Assembly: GCA_046597055.1 (NCBI GenBank)
Contig: JBKJLC010000192.1
Coordinates: 1 to 36,042, forward strand
DNA: 36,042 bases
Source: Kofleriaceae bacterium
GTDB lineage: Bacteria; Myxococcota_A; Polyangia; Haliangiales; Haliangiaceae
Direction: 5' to 3'
Part shown: positions 1-10,400 of the stretch, piece after piece
How the letters are laid out: each line of letters starts with the position of its first letter
Position numbering within the stretch: the first letter of the stretch is position 1
The notes under the pieces: generated by a model
Database searches by the model: none
Told to the model about the DNA's origin: nothing
Seen by the model: only the letters and a program-made list of their open reading frames with translations
Made by a program: the position numbers and the translations under genes

Positions 1-2067
1 CAAGATCTGAATCCGGTACGCGCCGATCCATTGATCGTGCTTCAGAGAGCAACGCTTGAGATAGTGTGCGCCTTCGTACTGCACCGCGCACGTCAACGGC
101 GGAATGAAATCAACCGTTCGCATCTGGCCTGTCTCGTGCTCGACCACCGGAAGTGTGCCCGCGACGAAGTCAAGCCAACCGTCACCGTTCCGGTCAGTCA
201 CGGTCCAATCGGTCATGGTGTCGACATGCCACGACCGGTCATACGGCGCCGGATCGGTGCATGGGGTTTCGGGTTGGCACTGGTCGCTGTTGCTCACGCA
301 GATTGTTTGCTGGCAGAACCAAGAGTCGACACGCGGCCACGACTTGTTGCGCCGAAGTGCGATCCGGTCTGCATCGCGTACGAATCCGTGAGCAGCGAGG
401 TGTTTCTGCAAAGGCGTCACATCGACCTGGATCGGACGCCACCAGACACCGCCTTCAGGTGTGGAGGCGTTGATCCAGATCTTCCAGTGGTTCTTGTCCA
501 TCCCCCCTTTCGCGTCGATCACGTCGAGTCGACCGTCACCGTTCCAGTCCCTGAATTCCGACCAAACTTCCGTCTTCACCATCTCTGCACGGCCTTCACG
601 ACTCGTGTCGGTGCGTCGAGTCGTAACCTCCTCATGCAATTCTTGCGGCGATGTCCAGGCCGACGACGGCGCGGCGGAGAACGCGGGCCCCGTGGGGGTA
701 AGCATATTCCTGTGGAAGAACCAGGTCGGTCCCACCTTGTAAATGAGGTCTGGCAACCCGTCTCCGTTGAAATCGCGAATCATGTGGCGAGTCCGGGTGG
801 TCTCGACACGCCGGCCGGAATCGTTTGCCACGGCAACGTCGGTGGTTGCCAGTTGGCTGCTATACACTTGGGCGGCACCGAGAAGCGGGCGATAGATCGG
901 TACAGCGGCGCCGTATTCGATCGTGGGCGGCACCAGGGGCTGTGGGGTGCCGACCGTGTCCTCGTTATTTTTCGAGGGATGCTTCGTCAGGGATCCGTAG
1001 CTGTACGTAGCCAGTGTTTGCGCCGTGCCCGCAACGCCTTCCTCCCCGCTCGTGCTCACCGAGGCGAGGCGCGGACGGCCGCTATCTCCGTCAGGCGTAT
1101 AATGTAGCCGATAGGCACGAATCACCTTGGGTGCGAGGTCTGGCACAAGGTTGTTGCGTGCTCGAACCTTCACGTCTGTCAGGACCTGACCACGCAACCG
1201 GCCCGTCCTATCGTCGTGGGACTCCTCGAATACGCAACCACTAGGCCCCTTCCAGGGCTCGTAGCCAAGATCGATTTCGTAAAGCGGCACTTTGCCGTCT
1301 TCGCTGAACGTGTATTGAAGATTTCGAAGTGATACACCCGCCAGACAGAGGCCGACATCTGGAACGTCGTAGTGAAGCTCCACCTTGTCGCCGCCAATGA
1401 CGTCGCGAATCTCGGTCAGTAGCCAGTAGTTCTCCGTGGGGTCCGAGGCAGAATCCAGCGCGCTCGCAACACTGAATCGGTACTCGAGGTTGTCCAGTGT
1501 GCGTAGCGTCCAGCCGTAGCCTTCACGGCGCAATTGCATGTACTCGCCGCCCTGGGTCGTCCAGACGTCCGGTGTCGGTGTGCCCGGGGCGACGTTGGTG
1601 CCGCCGTACAGGGTTTGGGTCTGACCACCGAGCGAGAGTGTCATCCGCTCGACAACCATCGGCGTGGACTCCGGCCCGATGTGGGCGAAGGGCTTCCGCT
1701 TCCAGGTCGTGGTCGAACGTCGAATGTACGAGATCGCGACATCCCAGCCGACGCCCACGGCGCCTCCGCGTCCGCTGCCGTTATAGGCGACCGAAAAGGG
1801 GATCGGGATCCGGCCACGCGGGTCGGGCAAGTCGAACGGGATGCTCTCGTTGAAGCCGCCTGTGGGCGACACGGAGGTCACAGGCCCGCCGCCGGGCCCA
1901 ACGGTCGTGTGCTGGGTGCCCATCGGTGCGACTTGGGCGTGTGCGGGGACCGCGAGCGCGCACAGTGCGATGCCGAGTATCGACGCACCGAACGGCGCAC
2001 GGGACCGTCGGATAGCGGGCTGAGCAGGTCGGCCCGGCGACGTCGACGGCGTGAGGGGAGGCTTCAT
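1..2067 (-). CDS. Secreted SpvB/TcB-like N-terminal domain plus FG-GAP/VCBS repeat protein (probable RHS/Tc-type toxin); continues beyond the left edge
   Basis: Hand translation from ATG 2067 gives 689 open codons to base 1 with no stop, so it is missing from the ORF track. Signal-like segment RRSRAPFGASILGIALCALAVPAHA/Q; SpvB/TcB-like motif VSPTGGFNESIPFDLPDPRGRIPIPFSVAYNGSGRGGAVGVGWDVAISYIRR; repeats DFNGDGLPD (748-774), DWNGDGRLD (523-549), DRNGDGWLD (169-195). Confidence 0.8.
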   Translation of the reverse strand, partial: MKPPLTPSTSPGRPAQPAIRRSRAPFGASILGIALCALAVPAHAQVAPMGTQHTTVGPGGGPVTSVSPTGGFNESIPFDLPDPRGRIPIPFSVAYNGSGRGGAVGVGWDVAISYIRRSTTTWKRKPFAHIGPESTPMVVERMTLSLGGQTQTLYGGTNVAPGTPTPDVWTTQGGEYMQLRREGYGWTLRTLDNLEYRFSVASALDSASDPTENYWLLTEIRDVIGGDKVELHYDVPDVGLCLAGVSLRNLQYTFSEDGKVPLYEIDLGYEPWKGPSGCVFEESHDDRTGRLRGQVLTDVKVRARNNLVPDLAPKVIRAYRLHYTPDGDSGRPRLASVSTSGEEGVAGTAQTLATYSYGSLTKHPSKNNEDTVGTPQPLVPPTIEYGAAVPIYRPLLGAAQVYSSQLATTDVAVANDSGRRVETTRTRHMIRDFNGDGLPDLIYKVGPTWFFHRNMLTPTGPAFSAAPSSAWTSPQELHEEVTTRRTDTSREGRAEMVKTEVWSEFRDWNGDGRLDVIDAKGGMDKNHWKIWINASTPEGGVWWRPIQVDVTPLQKHLAAHGFVRDADRIALRRNKSWPRVDSWFCQQTICVSNSDQCQPETPCTDPAPYDRSWHVDTMTDWTVTDRNGDGWLDFVAGTLPVVEHETGQMRTVDFIPPLTCAVQYEGAHYLKRCSLKHDQWIGAYRIQIL

Positions 2068-2169
2068 GCGCCCGTCTGTCGGATGACGCGCTGGCTGGTT
2101 GCTTGGTCCCGCGCACTTTTCTTTACCTTGTGCAACCCGCCGTTTTTAAAGGCGCCGGTCGCATAGGAT

Positions 2170-2883
2170 ATGGCCATGCGCGTCGCGGTCGTGCTGGTCG
2201 TGCTCGTCGCCGGCTGCCGCGGGCGCAGCGCGCCGCGGGTGATCGACGCCGGGCTGCCGGTGTGCGAGGAGCTCGGGGGCGTGCGCGCCGGCGAGGCGAC
2301 GTTCTACGATCCGCGCGGGCGCGGCAAGTGCAGCCTGGAGCCCGCGGCCGACGAGCTGGTGGCCGCGGTCAACGGCACCGACTGGGACGACGCGGTCGCG
2401 TGCGGCGCGTGCGCGGCGGTCGACGGCCCCGGGGGCTCGGTGATCGTGCGGGTGGTCGACCGCTGCTCGGGCTGCGACGCCGGCAGCCTCGACCTGTCGC
2501 GCGAGGCGTTCACCCGCCTGGCCAGCCTGAAGGCGGGCCGGGTGCCGATCCGCTGGCAGTGGACGCCGTGTCCGGTCGACGGGCCGATCCGCTACCGCTT
2601 CAAGGACGGCAGCCACCGCGACTGGACCGCGCTGCAGGTGCGCAATCATCGCCACGCGATCGCGCGGTTGGAGTCGCGCGAGCCCGACGGCAGCTGGCGC
2701 GGCCTGGCCCGCGCCGACTACAATTACTTCATCTCCGCGCGCGGCCTGGGCCCCGGGCCATACACGCTGCGGGTCACCGACGTGCACGGCCTCACCGTCG
2801 AGGACGTTGGCGTTCCCGGCACCGATCAGATCGACCATCCGGGCGCCGCGCAGCTGCCGGCCTGCGCGCCACGCCCGCGCTGA
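2170..2883 (+). CDS. Bacterial expansin (EXLX1/YoaJ-like) lipoprotein
   Basis: DPBB domain motifs GEATFY, ACGAC, VVDRC, LDLSREAF; CBM63-like domain YRFKDGS..WTALQVRNH and DYNYF; lipobox LVAG-C. Start may be ATG 2176. Confidence 0.88.
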   Translation: MAMRVAVVLVVLVAGCRGRSAPRVIDAGLPVCEELGGVRAGEATFYDPRGRGKCSLEPAADELVAAVNGTDWDDAVACGACAAVDGPGGSVIVRVVDRCSGCDAGSLDLSREAFTRLASLKAGRVPIRWQWTPCPVDGPIRYRFKDGSHRDWTALQVRNHRHAIARLESREPDGSWRGLARADYNYFISARGLGPGPYTLRVTDVHGLTVEDVGVPGTDQIDHPGAAQLPACAPRPR

Positions 2884-2895
2884 CCCCTGCGCCGA

Positions 2896-5800
2896 TCAGC
2901 GGCAGTGTCCGGCGTCGAACGTGTAGCCGAGCGTGTACGGTCGGCACTCGAACGCCGGCGCGTTGTCACCGCGGACCCGGACGTTGACGGTGTAGCGGTC
3001 GGTGGTCCCGACCAAGCACTGACCGTCGAGCCACTGGCTGACGGTGCCGGTCCCGCCCGCGCCGATCTCGACGCAGTTGCCGAAGCCGCAGCTGTTGGTG
3101 TCCATGCACAGCTCGAACGAGCCGGCCCCCACCGGCACCGTCAGCGACACGCTCGCCAGGTAGTCCTCGTCGAACGAGATGCTGCCGCACCCGCAGCTGC
3201 TGTCGCTCTCGGCCATCGGGATCGCGTAGTAGTCGTGGTCACCGGCGGCGTAGATGGTCATGCTCGTGTACGAGTTGGTCCCGTCGGAGCCGACCCCGCC
3301 CAGGGCCCGCGCCGAGCTGCAGTCCGGGTTCGGTTCGTAGGCATCGCTGAACGCGCCGTTGTCGGTGGTGCCATCGCAGTTGTCGTCCAGATCGTTGCAG
3401 GTCTCGGTGGTCGGCGCGCCCGCCACGCACGCGGCCGGTCCCCCGTTGGCGCAGATCGGCGCCTCGCGCAGGCACTGGCCGACGCCGCACGTCTGGGTGC
3501 CCGGGTTGACGTTGGTGCAGCTGCCGGCGACCGTGCCCGTGCAGGTCCCGCTGGCCGGGTTCTGACACACGTCGTTGCACGTCAGGGTCACCGGGCCCGC
3601 GACGGGGGTCGCGCCACACTCGACCGCCGCGCTGCGACAGGCGAGCGCGCCGTTGCAGGCGGCCACGTTGGCGGGCACGTCGGCCTTGCGACGACAGCTG
3701 TCGCCGCTGAAGCCGTGGTAGTAGCCGGCGCAGCTGAGGCCGCCGCACTCGTTGTCGGGGTCCTGACCGCTGGCGACCGCGGCGCACGTGCCGACCGAGC
3801 CCGGCAGATCACAGGCCTCGCACGAGCCGTTGCACGCGCGGTTGCAGCACACGTTGTCGACGCAGGTCAGCCCGCTCGAGCACTCCTGCGACATCTCGCA
3901 GAACCCGCCCGGGCCCTGGTCGGGCACGCACACGCCGCCGGTGCAGTGCGCCGAGACGTCGCAGCCGGCGTCGGTCGTGCAGCTGGTCGCGCAGGTCGGT
4001 GGCGGCTGGGTCGTCATCACCGTGCACACCTGCGACGGGTACGGGCCGCAGCTGCTGGCCTCGATGCCGGCGCAGCCGGCGTCGTCGAACACCGGCGTCG
4101 TGCCGCACTGCTTGGTCGGCGCGCACACGCCGTCGACCCGCGAGCCCTGGCACGACGACGGCGCCTGACACACCGGCGCCGTCGAGTAGGCCGCGCAGTC
4201 GGTCGCCTGCGCGCAGCAGTCGCCCGACGCGCAGCAGAAGCCGTTCTGACAGTGGCCGCCCTGGCACTCACCGGCGTCCTGGCACACGCCGCCATCGGGC
4301 TGATCCGGCACGCACTGGCCCTGCGGGTTGCAGTACGCGTTGCTGTCGCACTCGCCATCCCCCGTGCACGAGGTCGCGCACTGGGGCGCGGTCTGGGTCG
4401 ACGAGCCAGTGCAGAAGACCGGCTGGTACGGCCCGCAGTCCGAGGCCGAGGTGCCGGCCCCGCACGCCGAATCATCATCGATGTCCGCGGCGGTGCCACA
4501 CACGCTGGTGGTGCAGGTTGCGACGTCGGCCTCGCCGTCGCACGCGGTCGGCGAGGTGCACACCGCCGGTGCCGCGTAGCGGCCCGGGCAGTCGCCCGCG
4601 GTCGCGCAGCAGTCACCGCCGGCGCAGCAGAACCCGTTCTGGCAGTGACCGCTCTTGCAGCGATCCTCGTCGACCCCGCAGGTCTGGCCGTCGTCGAGGT
4701 CCTCGCGACAGGTGTCGCTGACCGGATCGCACCAGCCGCCGTCGTCGCAGTCGGCGTGGGTCGCGCACGTGGTCGGACAGCTCGGCGGCGGCTGGGTGAC
4801 CGCGCCGGTACAGCGGATGGGGCGCCACCAGCCGCACTCGTTGGCCACCGTGGTCGGCCCGCACGCGCTGTCGTCGGGCACGCCGTTCTGGACGCCGCAG
4901 GTGAAGCCGGTGGTGCAGATCGCCTCGCCCCGGCCGCCCTGGCAGGTCGGCGACGCATCGCACACCGGCGCGAACGTCCCGTAGGTCGGGCAGTCCATCG
5001 CCGCCTGACAGCAGTCGCCGAACGCGCAGCAGAAGCCGTTCTGGCAGTGGCCGCCGGCGCAGTCGGAGCCCTCGTCGCAGGCCTGGCCGTCGGCCAGGTC
5101 GGCGAGACACGCCGACCCGTCGCAGTGCGCGGTCGGCACGCACCGATCGTCGACCTCGACCTCGCACGTGGTCGCGCACACGTCGCCGACCTCGCCGCCG
5201 CCGGCGCAGGTGTAGCGCCCACACATCGTGGCCGGCTGCTGCTGACAGCCGGCCGCGCCCGGACACACGTCCCCGATGCGCTGGAAGTAGCCGAGCGCGC
5301 CGAGCTCGCACAGCGGTCCATTGCAGTCGAGCGGGTGGTCGTCGACCCCACCGGCGCAGTCGTTGTCGAGCGCGTCGCACACCTCCTGATGGCCGACGTA
5401 CACCTCGGGCTCGGCATCGTCGCAGTCGGCGTCGAGGCAGCCGCCGCCGACCCCGTGGCGGTCGCCGTCCGCGTCGACGCAGCACACCCCGTTGATGGGC
5501 AGGCACTGACGCTTGGTCGTGTCGCCGCTCGACGCGATGATCTGACACGAGAACCCGGCCGGGCACACGGTCGCGTCGGCCAGGCAGTCGAGCGCGCAGA
5601 ACTTCCCGGCGGTGAGCTGCACGCAGGCGTCGCTGTCGTCGCCGCAGTCCTCGTCCGACTGGCAGGTGTCGCAGAACGTGTCGGCCGCCGCGACGCACAG
5701 CCGGTGATCGAAGCCGTCGAGCTGCACCGTGCGACAGGCCTGGCCCTCGGGACAATCGAAGTTGCACTCGCGGTTGCACTGGCCGTCGTGGCAGAGCAAC

Positions 5801-6006
5801 GAGGTGCAGTCGTCGTTGTCCACGCAGACCTCGCCGTAGCCGGCGCCGGTCCGCGCATCCACGCCAGCGTCGGTGGCCGGCCCGCTCCCCGCCGGGCTCG
5901 ACGCACAGGCGACGACCAGGGCCAGCCCGGCCACCCGGACGGCGAGCTCGGGCTTCACGCCACGCAGCGAACGGACACCCCGGACGAACAGCGAGCGAGC
6001 GGACAT
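2896..6006 (-). CDS. Large Cys-rich repeat lipoprotein with putative metal-binding motifs and a C-terminal PPC-like domain
   Basis: Lipobox LVVA-C; motifs DADGDRHG..DCDD..EVCDALDNDC and ETCNDLDDNCDG; three GHCQNGFCCxxGDCC units; C-terminal DAYEPN...DHDYYAI. Start uncertain (6012, 6006 or 5958). Confidence 0.8.
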   Translation of the reverse strand: MSARSLFVRGVRSLRGVKPELAVRVAGLALVVACASSPAGSGPATDAGVDARTGAGYGEVCVDNDDCTSLLCHDGQCNRECNFDCPEGQACRTVQLDGFDHRLCVAAADTFCDTCQSDEDCGDDSDACVQLTAGKFCALDCLADATVCPAGFSCQIIASSGDTTKRQCLPINGVCCVDADGDRHGVGGGCLDADCDDAEPEVYVGHQEVCDALDNDCAGGVDDHPLDCNGPLCELGALGYFQRIGDVCPGAAGCQQQPATMCGRYTCAGGGEVGDVCATTCEVEVDDRCVPTAHCDGSACLADLADGQACDEGSDCAGGHCQNGFCCAFGDCCQAAMDCPTYGTFAPVCDASPTCQGGRGEAICTTGFTCGVQNGVPDDSACGPTTVANECGWWRPIRCTGAVTQPPPSCPTTCATHADCDDGGWCDPVSDTCREDLDDGQTCGVDEDRCKSGHCQNGFCCAGGDCCATAGDCPGRYAAPAVCTSPTACDGEADVATCTTSVCGTAADIDDDSACGAGTSASDCGPYQPVFCTGSSTQTAPQCATSCTGDGECDSNAYCNPQGQCVPDQPDGGVCQDAGECQGGHCQNGFCCASGDCCAQATDCAAYSTAPVCQAPSSCQGSRVDGVCAPTKQCGTTPVFDDAGCAGIEASSCGPYPSQVCTVMTTQPPPTCATSCTTDAGCDVSAHCTGGVCVPDQGPGGFCEMSQECSSGLTCVDNVCCNRACNGSCEACDLPGSVGTCAAVASGQDPDNECGGLSCAGYYHGFSGDSCRRKADVPANVAACNGALACRSAAVECGATPVAGPVTLTCNDVCQNPASGTCTGTVAGSCTNVNPGTQTCGVGQCLREAPICANGGPAACVAGAPTTETCNDLDDNCDGTTDNGAFSDAYEPNPDCSSARALGGVGSDGTNSYTSMTIYAAGDHDYYAIPMAESDSSCGCGSISFDEDYLASVSLTVPVGAGSFELCMDTNSCGFGNCVEIGAGGTGTVSQWLDGQCLVGTTDRYTVNVRVRGDNAPAFECRPYTLGYTFDAGHCR

Positions 6007-6144
6007 GAGCACCCCCGAGGGGCATCGTCTCGGATCCGCTGCGAGATTTCCAGAGTGGTTTGACCACCTCGCCCGGGATCACCACCGCCGGCGCCCGAGC
6101 GCACCGCCCCGGGCACTCGTGCCTCCAAGGGCCGGCTGAAGTCG

Positions 6145-6651
6145 CTACGGGCCGCCGGCGCCGGCGGTGCCGATCGCCAGCCGGGTCAGGCCCGAGGCCT
6201 TGGCGCGCTCCATGACGTTGACGACCCGGCCGTGCGGGACACCCTTGTCGGCCTGGAGCACCACCTGCGTGTTCTTGTCGCGCGCGAACGCAGCGCGGAA
6301 CAGGTTGTCGATGTCGGTATCGACGACCGTCTTGCCGCCGACCACCACGTCGCCCTGGACCGGGATGAGCAGGACCAGGCTCGCCTTGGTCGGGTCGATC
6401 TCCTGGGCCGCGCCCGACGGCAGGTTGACCTTGAGGCCGCTGCGCTTCTCGGCCTCGACCTTCTCGATCACCTCGGTGGTCTTCTTCTTGTCTTCCTGGG
6501 CCTCGGCCTGCACGGCCAGGGCGCTGACCATGAAGATGATCAGCAGCACCAGGAAGACGTCGGTCAGCGGCGTGATGTTGATCTCGGCGAAGATCCCGCC
6601 GCCACCATGACCGCCGTCCTCGTCGTCAGCGTCAGGCAGCCTGCCGGCCAT
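6145..6651 (-). CDS. exbD: ExbD/TolR family motor subunit
   Basis: EINITPLTDVFLVLLIIFM transmembrane helix with the conserved Asp; KVNLP; VVLQADKGVPHGRVVNVM. Confidence 0.9.
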   Translation of the reverse strand: MAGRLPDADDEDGGHGGGGIFAEINITPLTDVFLVLLIIFMVSALAVQAEAQEDKKKTTEVIEKVEAEKRSGLKVNLPSGAAQEIDPTKASLVLLIPVQGDVVVGGKTVVDTDIDNLFRAAFARDKNTQVVLQADKGVPHGRVVNVMERAKASGLTRLAIGTAGAGGP

Positions 6652-7309
6652 CAGCCTTCTCCTTCGGATCCTTGACGTCCTTGGTGTCGGGCGGCAGGTC
6701 GGCCAGCTGCTCGAGGAACTCGTCGGTGAGCAGCTTCAGCTCGGTCGCGATGCGGCCCGCGCGCTGGTTGAAGTAGTTGTACAGAATGACCGCCTCGACG
6801 GCGATGAGGATGCCGGCGGCGGTGACGATCAACGCCTCGGAGATGGGCTTGGCGACCATCGAGAACCGGACCGTGTCGTCAGCCTTGAAGGTGCCCATCG
6901 CCTTCATGATGCCGACCACGGTGCCGAACAGGCCCACGAACGGCGCGGTCGCGCCGATCGTACCCAGCATCCAGAGCCGCTTGCGCAGGTCGGCGGCCAC
7001 CCGCTGCCGCTCGCGGTGCACCGCGGTCTCGAGATACTCGGGCTTGCCGCGGCCGAGCCGCTCGTAGCCGACCAGGAACACGTCGGCGAGCGGCGACGGC
7101 GAGCGCTCGCACGCGCTGCGTCCTTCCTGGAGGGCGCCGCGGGCCAGGCAGCGGCCGACGGTGTCGGCCAGCGCGCGGGCGCGGGTGGTGAATTGCCACT
7201 GTGCAATCGCGCGCTCCACCGCGACCGCGAGGGCGATCACCGAGAAGGCAACGATGAACCACATGGCGTATCCGCCATGGCTCATGAGGTCCCAGATCGA
7301 GCTGTCCAT
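6632..7309 (-). CDS. exbB: MotA/TolQ/ExbB proton channel protein
   Basis: LGTIGATAPFVGLFGTVVGIM and ISEALIVTAAGILIAV; overlaps the exbD start. Confidence 0.9.
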   Translation of the reverse strand: MDSSIWDLMSHGGYAMWFIVAFSVIALAVAVERAIAQWQFTTRARALADTVGRCLARGALQEGRSACERSPSPLADVFLVGYERLGRGKPEYLETAVHRERQRVAADLRKRLWMLGTIGATAPFVGLFGTVVGIMKAMGTFKADDTVRFSMVAKPISEALIVTAAGILIAVEAVILYNYFNQRAGRIATELKLLTDEFLEQLADLPPDTKDVKDPKEKADGRQAA

Positions 7310-7449
7310 CTAGACTTCCTGACGCGCCAGCGTCGGTCCTTGTATCAAGGGTGGCCCGGGCGGGCGCCCAAGGCAAGCCGGGGGTCCTGGTACCGACTCG
7401 GGCCGACGGTGGGTGGTTGCCTGGGTCGCCGCCCGGCGGCGCACCCCGG

Positions 7450-10400
7450 TCACGGCTGGAACTGGGCCCGGTAGCCGTTGCCATCGAAGTCCAGGAAGAT
7501 CGGGGCGGTGAACGCCGCGGCCGGGACGCCATGGCCCTGGAGCGCGGCCTCGACCGCCTGGTCGGTGCCGCTCACCAGGATCGGCAACGTGAGTTCGTCG
7601 ACCAGTTCGCCCGACAGGATCGGGAAGATGCCGCGGTCGCCGCGGGCCCGGATCACCAGCCAGGCGTCGGTCCCGGTCCCGCCGGCCCGGGTCCGGATGT
7701 CGGCGGCGGCCAGCGTGATGGTCACCTGCGCGCGCAGGAACCGGAACCCGTTGCCAGTACCGACCGTCTGGGACTGCACCTGCATCGACTCGGGCGCGAT
7801 CGCCGCGCGGGTGCACGGGTCCATCGCGTGCAGCGTGTTCAGCGCGCGCGAGGTCCAGCACTTCAGCGGCGTCAGCCCGACCACGCCGCCGGGCGCGATC
7901 GGCGAGTCGGGAGTCTCGTTCGCGAAGATCTCGACGGTGTCGAACTCGGCCCAGGCCGGCGCCGTGACCGTCACCACCAGGGTCACCATGCCGTTGGCGG
8001 CAGCCGCGACCCGGCCGATCGCCGGCATCGCGTTCTGGGTGACCGCGATCATCGGGCCGTTGGTCACCACGATGTCGCGGGCGACGCCGCCGGTGCCCTG
8101 GAGCGTGCTCATCACCGCGGCGGTCGCGGCCCCCGAGACCAGCGCGGCGCCCGAGTCGTCGGCGACCCGGACCATCGTGCGCGGCATGCCGAGCGGATCC
8201 GCGACCGAGGTGTGGCTGTCGCTGTTGCCGATCGGCGCCGCGTAGAACCCCATCGTCAGCAGGTTGAACCAGTCGCGCAGCACGCGGTCCATCGAGGTGA
8301 TCTCGCGGCGACGGTCGCCGTCGGTGTCGCTCATCGAGAAGCCGTTCCACACCTCGAGCGCGTTCCAGGTGTCGTTCCACAGGGACTCGTCGGGCAGGCG
8401 CAGCCACTGGTTGGGGACCGGGGTGGCCAGGAAGTCGCCGAAGATCGAGCGCCCGACGAAGTCGTACTTGAGGTTGGCCCGGTCGAAGAACTGCTGGAAG
8501 GTGCCGAGCGCGCCCTCGCCGCGGGGATGGTTGACCTGCACCACGCGGGCGCCGCGGGTGCGCATCGCGTCGAAGATCTCGCCAGGCGTCATCGCGAAGC
8601 CCTCGCGGCCGCGGCCCCAGTCGATCGCGCCGCCGTTGGAGTTGGGCTCGACCGCCAGCGGCCACGCGTTGAAGTGGCCGTACGCGAACGGCGTCACCTC
8701 GATGCCGGGAATGACGCGGAGCAGGTCCTGCGCGCCCAGGGTCTCGACGAAGGGCTGCAGATCGCTGACCACGTCGTGATCGGTCACCGCGAACAGCTCG
8801 ACCCCGGCGGCGAGGCCGGAGCGGACCCGCTCGAGCGAGCCGACCGGCGAGTCGGGTGACCCGACCTGATGGACATGAAACTCGGTGGCCAGGTAGCCGG
8901 TGGTGTCGATGACGCGTCGCAGCCGCAGGGTGACCGTGGCCCTCGCGGTGCCGGCGAACGGCGCGCTCGCGGCCGACCACTCGGTCCCGCGCGACGCGTA
9001 GACGCGGTAGGTGCCGCCGGCCGGCAGCAGGACCGCGGGATCGGCGCCGGCACCGGTGGTGGTGCCGGCGACCGCGTGGACCGAGCGCACGATGCCGGCC
9101 AGCCGGTCCTTGGTCTCGAACAGGCGCTTGTCGGGGAACGCCGGGTGGGTGCCGACCACGAGCAGGCGGCCCGGCATCGGCTCGCCGGTGGCGTCGTCGA
9201 GCAGCTGGTAGTCGAGCGCGACCGGCGCCGGCAGGGTCAGGGCGCGACCGGCACCGGCCGGCATCACCGCCGAGCGAGCCTGGTCCTTGACCTCGGCGCG
9301 CACGAGCAACGCGCCGGCCGGGACCTTGCCCGACCAGCGTCCGTCGGCCTCGGCGTCCAGGTAGCTGAGGACGACGTCGGTGTCGTCGATCGTGCCGTTG
9401 CCGTCGCCGTCGAGGTAGACGCCGACCCGGGCGCCCGCCGCCGGGGTCCCGTCGCTCCACATCGCGGTCCCGTCGACGTCGGACATCGCCTCGCCGCCGC
9501 CGGTGCGGAAGACGACGTCGACGTCCTCGGCGTCGCGACCGAGCACCACGTCGACCCGCTGCCGCATGCCCTTCCTGGGTTCGAGCACGAGCTCGTAGGT
9601 CGTCGGGTCGAAGATGTCGAACAGGTTCTCGGCGCCGAACAGGACGATCGAGACGCCGGCGATGAGGATTCCAGACGCGTGGGTCGGCTTCTCGAAGCGC
9701 GGCACGATGCCGTAGGCCGGGCCCGGGCCCTGATAGACCACGTAGTTGATCGACGCCGGCTCGGTCAGGGCGTCGAGCGCCTCGATCCCGGCGCGCTCGA
9801 AGCCGCGGGTGTTGCTCCACGCCTCGGTCTCGCCGCCGGTGTCGTTGAGCATCCCGATCGGGCCCTGGAGCTTGAACGCCCCCGGGTTGTAGAGCGACCA
9901 GTGCACCGCGACCTGGGACGCGCCCGGCTCGAGCACGTAGGTCGTCGCGCAGTCGATGTCGTCCTCGATGTCGGGATCGAGATCGTCCCCGATCGGCAGC
10001 GCGCCGATGGCCTTGAGGTTGACGAAGTCGTTGTTGCCGCTCTTGCCCACCGCGCGGACCACGGCGGCGCCGCCCTTCGTGCCGTCGCGCACGATCTCGA
10101 TCCGGTCGTGCTCGCAGGTGCGGCCCGCCTTGTAGATCAGCGAGAGCTCGCCGAAGTGATCGTCGAGGAGCTGGCGACCGTCGGCCCCGATCAGCGCCGC
10201 GTCGATCAGGTTGCCGCCCTGCGGCACCACGCCGATCACGCGGGTCGAGGCGCCGATAGTTATCCGGACCTTGTCGTTGCGCAGGTAGAAGTCGCCGACC
10301 TGGCCCTGCGCGGCGACACCGGTCAGCAGCTCGTCGGTGTTGGCGGCCGTGATCGCGCCCGCGAACGCCGCCTGCGCGCCGCCCTCGGGCGGCAGCTCGG

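Noticed and set aside
31..1107. 358-aa plus-strand ORF
   Set aside because: Antisense shadow of the toxin-like gene; its TVTVP repeats are the reverse complement of NGDG codons.
2905..6063. 1052-aa plus-strand ORF and similar long ORFs (18326-21280, 28232-31408, 32868-34145)
   Set aside because: Antisense shadows typical of high-GC DNA; the opposite strand carries clear family motifs.
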